Below, one piece after another: positions 9,901-21,297 of a stretch of 39,348 nt of DNA. Source of the DNA: Octopus bimaculoides (Eukaryota); the NCBI RefSeq assembly GCF_001194135.2, contig NC_068983.1, forward strand, positions 143,799,381 to 143,838,728, read 5' to 3'. How positions within the stretch are numbered: the first letter of the stretch is position 1; every line of letters begins with the position of its first letter. Under the pieces are notes generated by a model. It did no database searches and was not told the DNA's origin. It saw only the letters and a list, made by a program, of their open reading frames with translations. Both the position numbers and the translations under genes were made by a program.

Positions 9901-10295
9901 TGAGTGAGAGAGCAGTGCATGCTATCAAAGTGAAACTGGTAAAATATATTATTATTATTATTATGCACAATTATGATATTAGAAACAGAGAGAGTATTAG
10001 AAGTTCAGATGTGAGAGAAGAATGCTCATATCTCAGTAAATATCATTGAATCAGTGACTAAAGCCTTAGTACCTATCATTTAACACCTTTTTACAATAAT
10101 TGATATCGTTATTTGTATAGAAAAAAAAATCTGAAATATCAAATATGAATGTAATTTGATATAATCATTTCTCATGTATTGGTTTGTAGTGAATTATTTT
10201 TGTCTGTTTTTCTGACATAAAATTAGTTATGATTATTTTTTCCCTCATTCAATAAGCTGAGTATTGATTTTAATGGTTTTGTTTTTGAATTTCAG

Positions 10296-10509
10296 GCATG
10301 AAGGTGCCTATGGATTCTATAAAGGGCTTGTGCCTAATCTGATACGAGTTACTCCTGCATGCTGCATCACGTTCCTGATATATGAAACAATGATGAGTAA
10401 ATTTGCTGAGAGACGAGAACAGCAAGAGCAACTTGAAGCTGCACTTGAAGCTGCACTTGAGTTGCAAAAGCAGGATGCAACTCCAACTGTAAATGGCGAA
10501 ACAGAATGA
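10296..10509 (+). CDS. SLC25A32: Terminal coding exon of a mitochondrial folate/FAD carrier (SLC25 family, SLC25A32-like)
   Basis: Acceptor TTTTTGAATTTCAG| at 10295 (phase 2, AG|G = Arg). Translation (R)HEGAYGFYKGLVPNLIRVTPACCITFLIYE matches the SLC25A32 C-terminal helix-6 signature GFYKG..PNLIRVTPACCITF.VYE. TGA at 10507-10509. The upstream part of the supplied ORF (10264-10295) is intronic. Confidence 0.9.
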
Positions 10510-11383
10510 TTGATTGTTAAGAAAGATTGTATTAATTTTGGTGGAAGCAGTGAATTGTTTTTATTCTTATACCAAATTGAATTTTTAATCATCATTTTTT
10601 TTCAGGTATTATTTTTCATTAGGTAAAAATAACCCCATTTCTATTGAAAAAAATTTTGTTTCTTAAAAGTTGTTTAAAGAAGTATTTGTAGTATTAGCAT
10701 GGAGAGAGAAAAGTGGATGAAGAATTGAAATATCCTCTGTATTTATCTCTTTGTTGGTAGCGTCTAAAATTTTTGTTTGCTTTGTTGATATTTTAGAGTT
10801 TCTGTATGGATTATCAATATAATTAATATATAAATATAATACATAAAAGAAACAGAAGTGACATGAAAATTATCTGGTAGTCACGTGTAGTTACTTCCCA
10901 TGTGAAAATGGAAAGTACATCTTTTATAACAAAGATCCCCCCCACCCCAAAAAAATATTCATGTACTAAAAAAGCAAGGAGTCCTACCCAAAAAATAATT
11001 TACAAATATTTGTACTTGGACCAAGGGATTGTCAAAACCTTCTGGTTGGACTCTGTAAAAGATTGCAATATATGACTGGTATGTTAGTTGTATGAATTAT
11101 TCAATTGGATTATTGAAACCACCACCAGTATTTTATTTTGCCTGTTCTTTATTATTACATGTCTGTTTGTTTGTGTTTGCTTTTGAAGGGAACAATTTTT
11201 AATAATGCATTTATTCAATTTACATTCTTCATTGTGAAAAAACTTTAGATTTTTATAATTTCTTTGATTGCTCAGTCAATTTTGATGCATTAAGAATTGG
11301 AAAACTTTTAATAGGTATAAAAATTCTATTATTTTCTGTTTGTTTTTTAAAAAAAATTCCTACTGCTGTGATATATAGAAGGA

Positions 11384-11389
11384 AATAAA
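11384..11389 (+). promoter_or_regulatory. Candidate polyadenylation signal for the carrier mRNA
   Basis: AATAAA followed by a U/GU-rich tract, ~0.9 kb after the stop codon. Other AATAAA hexamers occur further on, so the assignment is tentative. Confidence 0.3.
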
Positions 11390-11474
11390 AACCAATCATA
11401 TTCTAATGTTATTGTCTTATTTTTTAAAATATATTTTAATTCCTCCATCCATGCTTATTGCAATCTGTTGTAGC

Positions 11475-13049
11475 TTGATTTTAATATTTTGTCAAACTTC
11501 ATTACCGAAATGTGTACTGTTGCAAATGTTCTACTGCGTTATGATGCAAAGAAAATTAAAAAAATATTACCCTTTTAAATGGTGAATTGGTTTTTTTTAC
11601 ATAAATGAAAAAAAAAAAAAAAACGCTTTTCCTTTCATTTAATGATTTATAAATGTTTTTCTGAGTTACCTCCCTTACAAATGTGCAAGTAGTGTAGCGG
11701 TGGTACATTGTCGTTAGTGCGCCCTGTGAAAAAAAAGAAACTTTTTACATTTTCCGTGGATCTCTCTGTTAGAGAATTTTAAATTATATTGATAGGATTC
11801 AATTGCAACAACAAATATTAATACAATATTTTTCTTTGTGTTTTGTTTTTTCCTTTCAAATTTAGGCACTTTGTATCCTTCTCCAAGCACATTAAACTAT
11901 GATACTTCCTTTTTTGTATGGCTTTAGACAAGGAAGTAGGACATATTCTTTGACATTTTACATAGGTAAAAGTAGTTGGAAAAAAAATTTATTTCAGACT
12001 GGAGACCTGGCCCGAATACTTACAACAGAATGTTGTCCACTGAAGGTACTCAATGGACCAGGTATTAGTTGACAGAGTAAGTTTTAGCTTTTTGTGCCGA
12101 GTGAATTGACTTTTCCTGTAAAAGCACAAACTTACCACTAATCTCCATGAATTCTACACCTTTTTGTTTTTCACGACAAATTTCGAAGTTACAAAGAATT
12201 CTAATTCTAAATTTCTATTAGGAATAATATTTCAATAAATAAGATCGAGTTATATACTTTAAATTTTTGTGCACATAGTGAAACATTTCTTTAGCAAAGA
12301 TATCAGTGTCAGCACAACAGGTCTTAATTTGAAGGCGTTGTTATTGAATTTATAGAGTTTGAGGCTGCGTCTATGATTGTAAAATCAAGGCACATAACTC
12401 TGCGAAATAGTTTGATTTTAATATTTTGTCAAACTTCATAACCGAAATGTGTATTGTTGAAAAAATTCTACTGCAATATGACGCAAAATTTTTTAAAAAT
12501 ATATAACCCTTTTAAATGATGAATTTGTTTTTTACACAAATGAAAAAAAAAAAGAAAAAAAATGCTCTCCTTTTCGTTTAATGATTTATAAATGTTTTTC
12601 TGAGTTACCTCCCTTACAAATGTGTATGTAGAGTAACGTGATGTGTGTTGTTAGTGCGCCCGTGGAAAAAAAGGCTTTTGCATTTTCCGTGGATCTCACT
12701 GTATATAGATAGGATTCAATTCCAACAACAAATATTAATACAATATTTTTCTTTGTGTTTTTTTTTTCCCTTTCAAATTTAGTTATTTTGTATCCTTCCC
12801 AAACACATTAACCCATTATACTTCCTTTTTGTATGGCTTAGACAAAGGAAGTAGGGCACCATCCTTGACATTTTACATGGGTAAAAGTAGTTTGAAAAAG
12901 AATTTATTTCAGACTGGAGACCTGGCCTGAATACTTACAACAGAATGTTGTCCACTGAAGGTACTCAATAGATCAGGTATTATTCGACAAAGTAAGTTTT
13001 AGCTTTTTGTGCTGAGTGAATTGACTTTTCTTGTAAAAGCACAAACTTA
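11475..13049. repeat. Direct duplication of ~650 bp (11475-12134 and 12412-13049)
   Basis: Both copies start TTGATTTTAATATTTTGTCAAACTTCAT and end GTAAAAGCACAAACTTA; collinear throughout, roughly 85% identical by eye; ~280-bp spacer. Confidence 0.9.
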
Positions 13050-13469
13050 TTTCGCAGTTGAAATTTTTTTGCAATTGTAAAACCATTCAACACTTTATGA
13101 GGGGAAAAACTGAAAGAAACAATAACAGAAATAAAAAAAACAACATAAAATAAAACAAAAACAAAAAATAAAATAAATAAAAAAATAACTTTCCTCACGC
13201 CGTCTTCCTAACTCCCCACTGGTGGTCAATAGTTAGGGCCACCTGTGATTTATAATTAATTATGATTTATATTTAATTATAGTCTCTCATAGTAATGTGT
13301 CAAAATAATGTGCATACATGTTATATATATATATATTTATTATATATAACCTATAATACATAATAATTACACTATGTACTTCCTTGACTCATTCATTCTG
13401 ACAATCCAGTTTTCTCACTGCTGATATTGATATCTCACTGAATGATTAAAAAAATAAAAGAATTATTAT

Positions 13470-13677
13470 TATTGGGTTAGTGCATAATTTAACAAAAACA
13501 CCTTTAAATGACGGTCTGACCGACTGCCAAGCAAATAAATAGGAAGCAGTAATTGACGTAGATGGTGAATATGCTCCGGAATAATCATTTAAAGATACTT
13601 TTGTTACATGTTGTTATTGTTTTTGTTGAAAACAATTTGTTGAAAAAAAGCCACAATAATTATGCACCAACCCAATA
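13470..13677. mobile_element. Mariner-type MITE (208 bp)
   Basis: TIRs TATTGGGTTAGTGCATAATT (13470-13489) and AATTATGCACCAACCCAATA (13658-13677), 19/20 match, TA at both ends; similar to the Hsmar1/MADE-type TTAGGTTGGTGCA TIR. Confidence 0.85.
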
Positions 13678-15875
13678 TTATTAATATTATTCTTATTACA
13701 AGGGAATGACATCGTTTGGTGCAATAAGTTGTTATTGAATTTTGTTGTGCTGCAAGTTATTGTGGTTTTTATTGTACCAGTTTGTCTTTAAGTCAACTAC
13801 CATCTTCTGAGGTCAAGTTTGCTTTGTAAAAATTTCTTCTCTTCTAGGTGAGTTTCGAAATTTTAAAAAGCGAATGTACATGCTAAGAAAAAATCAATAT
13901 TGCTTCTAAAATCGAGGCAAGAGATGGCTTTTGGAAGAGACATTATGAAAATAATTTCCCACCTCTACCTGCTACAATTAACAGAAAATGTATGAATAGC
14001 AATAGCAATGGCGACAACAACAACCAAAACAAGATGTTAACTGAGAATGTATGAATATTAATAGCAATAACAACAATGACAAAAACAACACCAATGAAAG
14101 AAACATGAGGACAACACTACTGCCACGCCTCAAACTGCTACAAATACGAGCAAAAAGAACAACAACAATGATAAACAAGATAAAGAGAAAATTGAAATGA
14201 ATATGGCTTCCACCACTATCACCACCATCAGTTCAAACTTTTATACAATAAAAACTGAACAGCAAGGCTTGCAAACAAACTGAAAATGCTCAAATGCATT
14301 TAGAAAATTAGAGGCAGTTCTTTTTTGCTGAAAGAACTAAGAATTTCAAAAATTAATCTCACCAAAAATGACTGAAAAATATACCTAGATACACAGTAAC
14401 AAATTCAAGAGGAAATCTAAAGTAAAACAATAATATACAAATGCATTGAACTGAAAACGTGGCAGTTTGAGTGAGTGATGTAGGCTTGAATTGAAAAGTG
14501 CTTTAAACTGTTCTGGAGTATAAAAAAAATCCTATGTTACTCTAGGAAGACATTTTGGCACGGTTGAGTTGAGATTTCAAACAGATGAAGAAGTGAAGGA
14601 AATTTCAATAACACTAAACAGTGATGAAATGCTCTTGATTCCAACAGATGTTGGAATCAATGTTAAAAATATAGGCAGCTGAGGTACCACCAAGTACTCA
14701 TGAATACATAGGTACCTATAATGATTAGTGACCACATAGTGCATGTTACCAAGTTATAATCACTTGCAAATATGGCTTGGTAACAGGGGCTTACAACCAT
14801 GTTATTCAACATGTTTTTTTCTATATTTTATTGTTCATTTGTAAGAGCTATGCCCCTTGTTTTTATTCAGTTTATATATCAAACACTAGCGATATCAACA
14901 ACTCTTGTATGAGTAAATGAGTCACTCCCTTTTGTTAAATTGCGGCTGCCGAGGTGGATTGTCAGTGAAGCATATACATACACATATGATGTATATCTGT
15001 GGTATATTTGAAGTCCATTTTCTCCGTTTATTTAATCTATGTGGATATAAATTTAAAACACTATGTATTGACTTGTACACTTTCAGCGGTGAACTAAAAT
15101 TGTACTTTCTATGTTCATGTGCAGCTATTTACTATATGCATCGATGTATATATCTCTCTTGTAGTTTTACTTATTTGAAAAATTCCAGTTAGGAAGGAAT
15201 TGGATTTCTAACAAAGATACAAAACTTTGTCATTGGAATGTAAACAACACAAACAATCAAATTTTGAACTTGAGAAAAGTTTTGCATTGTTCTGCTTACA
15301 GTGTGTATTTGTAATGTGCGAGTTAGCTAGTTGATTTTTTTCCCTAAAAACCCTAGTTTTGTCCAGATTGTCACTTAGACATTAACTGACAAAGCCAGGT
15401 GCGCCATTTATTATTGATATAAATGTGAATTTATAATCTGGGTAGAGAAGCTGGAGATTTTGAAGTAGCTGTCTGTGGTTATCCTCTTTCTATTTGATTT
15501 CTGAAGAGATATTCACATCAGGAGGGCAGCTGACTTCTATGGTGGTACATTCCTTTTTTTGTGTGTCCCAAACAAGAGTATCCAACCTGAGATGTTTGCT
15601 GGGAATGTTCCACCAACATTTTATCTTCGTTTCTCATTCAGAATTGCTAACAATTGCCACTAATGTTTTGTTTTCCTTCTTTATTCATGAGGAAGTTTTT
15701 ATAAATCAAAAATTTAATGTATGTGGCTTTCCATAAATCCCCATTACTTTGTTTTCCAAATTCATGTCACTGACAATTTTGAATGATTTTCTCTTAGCAC
15801 TTTTTAGTTTATACATGCACACACATACGTATGTATGTATATATGTATGTATGTATGTATGTATGTGTGTATGTG

Positions 15876-16700
15876 TACGAGTGGGGTATCCAAAAGTAAG
15901 CGGAAACGTCCTCTGTGGGATAAGCCCATTGTAGTTCGGACTTTCTCTGCTAGAAGCCACTTTATGCAACTTTCAGGCATCAATCTACCAACCGGCGTCA
16001 TCAGGTGAGGTCGTGCTGCCACGTGGTGCGTCTATGTTTTGCAGTGTTTCTCTCCTGTTCGTCGACTTTTGTGATGGCTGAAACGAAGGAACAGCGTGCT
16101 TCCGTGAAATTCTGTTTTCTGCTGGGAAAAACGGCGGCTGAAGCAGTTCTCATGTTTTAAGCAGCTTACAAGGACGCTGTCATGAGCAAAACACAAGTAT
16201 ACGAGTGGTTTTCACGTTTTAGGAATGGTCACTTGTCACTTGAAGACCAATCTCGTTCAGGACGACCGTCGACATACCGAACGTATGAAAACATCACGAA
16301 AATTCATGAACTGATCTTGGAGGACCGTCACTGAACAATTGATGAAGTTGTTGATATGATTGGTGTGTCCTGGAGCTCCTGCAAACGAATTTTGAGCGAG
16401 GAATTGCGATTGAAAAGAGTTGCAGCAAAATTTGAGCCTCGCTTGTTCACGGAAGATCAAAAGCAGTCACGACTGAATACATGTCGTGAACTGAAAGAAT
16501 AGTTGAAAGTTGATCCGGACCTCTTTTCGAAGGTCATCACTGGCGACGAAAGCTGGTGCTACGGAATTTGCAGATGTGGAAGAGGTGAAGAACAAAACTA
16601 CGGAGGCGTTAAAAGGCATCACTTCGCAAGAGTTCCAGCACTGTTTCAAAAAGTGGAAAACGCACCTCGACTGATGCGTTGCTTCAAATGGAGAATACTC
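15876..16700 (+). mobile_element. Internally deleted, inactive mariner transposon
   Basis: Left TIR-like TACGAGTGGGGTATCCAAAAGT at 15876. From ATG 16074: MAETKEQRASVKFCFLLGKTAAE...QVYEWFSRFRNG...EDQSRSGRP...VAAKFEPRLFT...VITGDESWCYG with three in-frame stops, then a jump to FADVEEVKNKTTEALKGIT...CF.KW...CVASNGEY. No matching right TIR seen. Confidence 0.9.
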
Positions 16701-16857
16701 GGATCTATTTCAAAACGGGGGCACCAGTATTTTCTTAACGAAACACTAACGAAACACTTTGAAACTTGGGACACTGGTAGAATGTGTCATATAAAACATC
16801 TTTTACTCTTAGTCTTCTTAACAAAAAAAAAAGGAATTCGCAAGTTATTCCATGTTA

Positions 16858-17228
16858 AAGTTGTCGTATTTCTGTAATTTCAACCAATCACTGACGTCTA
16901 TTCAGCTGAATAGAGTTACTGCTGGGCGGTCATAAAAATATTATTCCCTGTGACATATTTCATCCGGTTTAATCGTAATTTATACGCATATATTGTTTAT
17001 ATAATAAATTACGCTGTGCGTATCTATGTGTGTAACAATTTTAGAGTTCGGATTCTAGAGTTAGAGTTAGTTTTAGGGTTAAGGTTAGGGTTAGGGTTAG
17101 GGTTAACAGTCTAGTTGGGGTTAGAGTTAGGGTTAGGGGATTAATACGATATACACCGTTACAGCGCTAACTGTTTTCAACTGAATAGACGTCAGTGATT
17201 AGTAGAAATTATCGAAATAAGACAATTT
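16858..17228. mobile_element. MITE-like element with ~55-bp imperfect TIRs enclosing a (TTAGGG)n-like tract
   Basis: 16861-16910 is the reverse complement of 17176-17225 (core AATCACTGACGTCTATTCAG). TTAGGG/TTAGAG repeats at ~17060-17140. Confidence 0.8.
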
Positions 17229-17463
17229 TTTACATGAAATAAATTCGAATACAAAATTTTTTTTCTGTTCTATAACACAAAATAGATAAGTATACGAAGT
17301 TTGAAAGTCTTTCGGTACCAAAAACACTACATAAAACAAATGAAAACTGGAGCCCCCGTTTTAAAATAGATCCAAATACTCTGAAGGCGATAAAAGTGTA
17401 AACCTGTAAAACTAAGTGAACATAATAACATTGCAAAATTTCAGTTTCATTTAGGTACCCGCT

Positions 17464-17588
<125 letters not shown>

Positions 17589-17760
17589 TCATCATACACG
17601 CGTTCGCACACACGGAGACGTTGATGTACAAATAGATACGTATTTTATTTACAAAGGTATCAGTTTTTCTTTTGAAAAAATTCGTATGCATTGAAATACT
17701 TTTATGCATGCAAGCTATTTCATTATATTCATAAACATGCACTCTACATATTCATATACT

Positions 17761-18031
17761 GAAATTATTGATCTCACATTTCGTTTCCAAAATTATTTAC
17801 ATTTTGACGACAAGGTGTGTCTTGATGATTTCAGGCTAACACATTATATTTAAAAGAAAGTTGGTAGAGCTACTTGCTATCGTGATCATAAAATAAACAT
17901 TTCGTTTTAGAATGGTGTGATCAAGCTGAAATATAGCATGAATATGCGACCACAGAATTCTTAGGTCTGCAACTGGGAGAAAATTCTACTTAGTGTTAGT
18001 GAAAGGACCGCACACCTGGGTCGTAGTCTAG
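17761..18031 (+). mobile_element. Helitron helicase fragment ending in a Helitron-like 3' terminus (mini-Helitron)
   Basis: 17761-18005 is an inverted homologue of 21984-22229 (region around the GDFRQ-like motif), followed by hairpin GACC..GGTC (18006-18022) and CTAG|T at 18028-18032. Confidence 0.65.
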
Positions 18032-18048
18032 TTAGAATTTTTCGAAAG

Positions 18049-18090
<42 letters not shown>

Positions 18091-18578
18091 GCATGCCTGT
18101 TTAAACGTGCTCGCGCGCACGCATGTGTGTGTGTGTCTTTCATTTCACTCAGTAGCAATTGTTGTTTTAACTGATGATGATAAATAATAAGATGACTAAA
18201 AAATGAAATAGATTTCAAAAATAAATAAGTAGTAACGCATATGATGTGTACATAATTTTATACGAATTAAGAGTCCAGATGATATAAATGTTAAGAAGAC
18301 ATTCTTAACACAGGGAAAAATTAATGTACACCATGTTCATTTCATTTTTTCGCTATTGTGACCATATATACAGGACATTGTATAGTTCTTGACAGAGCAG
18401 CATACAACTGTCCATGCGAAAGGTTTATTTTATTAAACGATTGATATTGAGCTCTAATAACTGTCTTTTAAGAAAATCATTCGAATTGGAGATTGTAATT
18501 GCGTAAGTGTGAGTGGCAGAGTGGTGTCATAAGGTCTCCGTTTTTCCTGGCACTATGACATATTTTCCCAAATGTATA

Positions 18579-18865
18579 TGTGGGGATGAGCCGGAAGAAG
18601 AGGGCCATGGTGTCAATGATCAAGGGACTGACTGGAAGAGGAAGTGTAAGAAGGGAAGTGCGGTGGGGTACAGAATAGGGTCGTTTTCTTTTGTCGGTCT
18701 AGGCATCGCAAACGCACGTCAGGGAATTCGCTCTCAGGTTGGTGAGATAGCAGCTGCTTATACTGGGTGACAGGGTAGGGCAGGATCGCCGGAGTGACTA
18801 CTTCTAGACGGGCGCAGACGAGAGAGGAAGGTAGGTGACCCTCTTTTCATTTCCCACGCACGACA
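18579..18865 (+). repeat. 5' LTR
   Basis: TGTGGGGATG...GCACGACA, direct repeat of 21298-21585. Confidence 0.93.
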
Positions 18866-21297
18866 AGCTATTTCGGCAATTGTATGCAGACGTCGTTGCC
18901 CTCACGATATATGATGGCAGCGAAGATAAGGATCGGTAGTGATGTCATCAGACCTTTCTATGGCGAAGGTGACGTTGTAGCCTGGATTCGAAAGGTCAAA
19001 GTTGTGGCCAGGCTACATGGTCAGCGATGGACGATAGAGTGGCACTGGAAAGAGGGACCCTTGAGGCTGAAGAACAAGGTGAGCTGCTACCAGCATATCC
19101 TGAAAGGACACGCATGGGGCGAGTTTGAAGAAGAGGTAGAGAAGTGGATAAGGAAGATGTCCTTATCCCGTGGAAAGAGGAGGTGGTGAGCGGAGCGCTC
19201 CCTCTAATAGAAGTGATGCAGCCAACAAAGGGCAAAATTAGACCGGTAGAGGACTTTTGGGAGATGAACAGCCATGTATCGTGCCACACAAGTGGCGAAG
19301 CGACCGACGTATCCGATGAGACGCTGCGCGTATGAAAGCAGTCGACTAAGGCGGCGACGATCGTAGACTTGAAGTCGGCATATTGGCAGCTCCATGTGAG
19401 CGACAAAATGTAGCAGTATCAACTGGTGCGATACAAGGGCCGGACATATTATCTGACAAGGCTGGGTTTTGTGCTGAATTCTGCGCCGAAGATCATGGTG
19501 ACAGTGCTCAAATCCATCCTGGGAAAGGTGATAGGATAAGAAAGGCCACCGGTTCCTACATAGATGACGATGACATCCTAGTGAACGTAGTGCCTACCAC
19601 AGAGGTTGTAAGACATTTGAAGAAATTCGGTTGATTGCGAAGCCACCGGAGCCAATGGCTGGAGAAGCTGCACTGGGGCTTAAGCTTCAGAAAGACAGAA
19701 CAGGCGAGTTGGTGTTTCGTAGGGGGGACGAGATCCCGGAGCTGGGTATCAACGTTAGTAGGTCACTATCCGATCGCGGGGTGGCTGCGTACGGCATGCA
19801 TTTACACCAAGAGACGAGCAGAAGGGGAGAACTGGAGTGACGAGGTAGGAGAGGGGTCGGAAGCGATGATGCGAGAAATCCTGGAGAGGACGAGAGCGGA
19901 AGACCCAGACAGAGGGAACTGGCATGTGCCCAAATCGGATAGCAGGACCGTATGGTGTAATGCCAGCAACATTGCGATAGGCATCGTGTTGGAATCGGAG
20001 GTATCGAAGTGGAGGATGTCGCCTGGTTTCAAAAAGTAGACGACTACAACCACATCAATGTCGCTGAGTTGGACTCAGTGCTGAAGGGAGTGAATTTGGC
20101 CCTGAAATGGTGGCTGTGCGCCATCGAAATCAAGACGGATTTGGCTACCGTGCTTGGCTGGGTAGGATCGGTGATCACCGACGAGAAGAGAGTGCGAACC
20201 AATGGGACTTCGGAAATACTAGTGAAGCGCCGCCTAGGAATTCTAGGGGAGCTGATTGGCGAGTTCGGCCTGAAGCTGAATGTAGTCTTTGTGCTTTCAG
20301 AGAGAAACAAGGCAGACACTCTGACCAGGGTAAAAAAGGCCTGGTTAGGGGATCCAGAAGAATCGAAGCAAAGAGTAGCCACAGTGTCTCAGTTAAATGA
20401 CTTCGAGCTAAGGAGACTGCATGCCATGCATCATATGGGCGTGGATAGGACCCTGTATCTCGCCAGGAGGATTGACGCCGACGTTACCAGATGGAGCATC
20501 CAGAACGTGCTCCGGGTGTGCATGAGCAGGGAAACGTTTCGGTAGGGCACAACTGAAGATGATTAGCAGCGGATGTAACACACTACCGGCAAGGAACGTT
20601 TCTCTCGATGGTCGATTGTGAACCAGGCCGGATGGTCATTTAGAGGGAATTGAGGACAGGCACTGCGGACGAGATGACACGTATTCTAAACGAGGTATTC
20701 TTAGAGCGGGGCCCTGTCGACGAATTGCTGATGGACAACAGCACAGCATTTCGTTCAGAGGCGCTGAAGGAGATGCTTGACAGGTGGAAAGTGCACCGCT
20801 TTTTCAGAGCGGCATAAGGGCCAAGTGGAAATGGGATCGTGGAGAGACATCATCGAACGATCAAGGCCATGGCGGAGAGGGGGACATGTCTCGCCGCCGA
20901 AAGCGGAGTTCTGGTACAACATGTCGCCCCGATCAAGACAGGCCGAAGAATCCGTGTCACATAGAGCGATATTCAAAATGAATGGCGGCATCTGAGTAAA
21001 CCATCGAGATGCCCTGTAGAAGAGAGAGGGCCCGACTTCGTGAAGAAGGGAGATAAAGTCTGGGTCAAGCCACCAAAGACACACTGCACAACTCAGTGGC
21101 ACAGAAGAATAGTGACGGCTGTCAATTTCAAAAACAACATCTCTGTGGATGGAATGCCCGCTTCGTCGGATGATGATTGTAGAGAAGAGGAAGAGAATGA
21201 GGTTCCCAGTTTAAGAAGATTACAACGTGCAAGGCGCCCACCTGGGTGGGTGGTAGATTTCGACATGGAGTGAAGTGAGGAGGTGATCAGGGGGGCG

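Noticed and set aside
1-10295. Upstream exons of SLC25A32
   Set aside because: No sequence encoding the expected YPYQVVRARLQDQH-like block or a fitting phase-2 donor was found; it is probably in a gap or outside the window.
10264-10295. N-terminal part of the supplied ORF (MILMVLFLNF)
   Set aside because: It is the polypyrimidine tract and acceptor, not coding.
14570-14610. RFQTDEEVKE, resembling a mariner C-terminus
   Set aside because: Only ~10 codons with no supporting flanks.
15950-16010. Minus-strand CTGATGA...GAAA in the mariner 5' UTR
   Set aside because: Stem II and stem I do not pair; chance match.
17060-17140. TTAGGG tract as a true telomere or fusion site
   Set aside because: Short, degenerate and enclosed by TIRs in mid-scaffold.
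18513-18770. ORFs overlapping the LTRs (18513-18770, 21299-21490)
   Set aside because: Purine-rich LTR sequence; frames are not preserved between the two LTRs.
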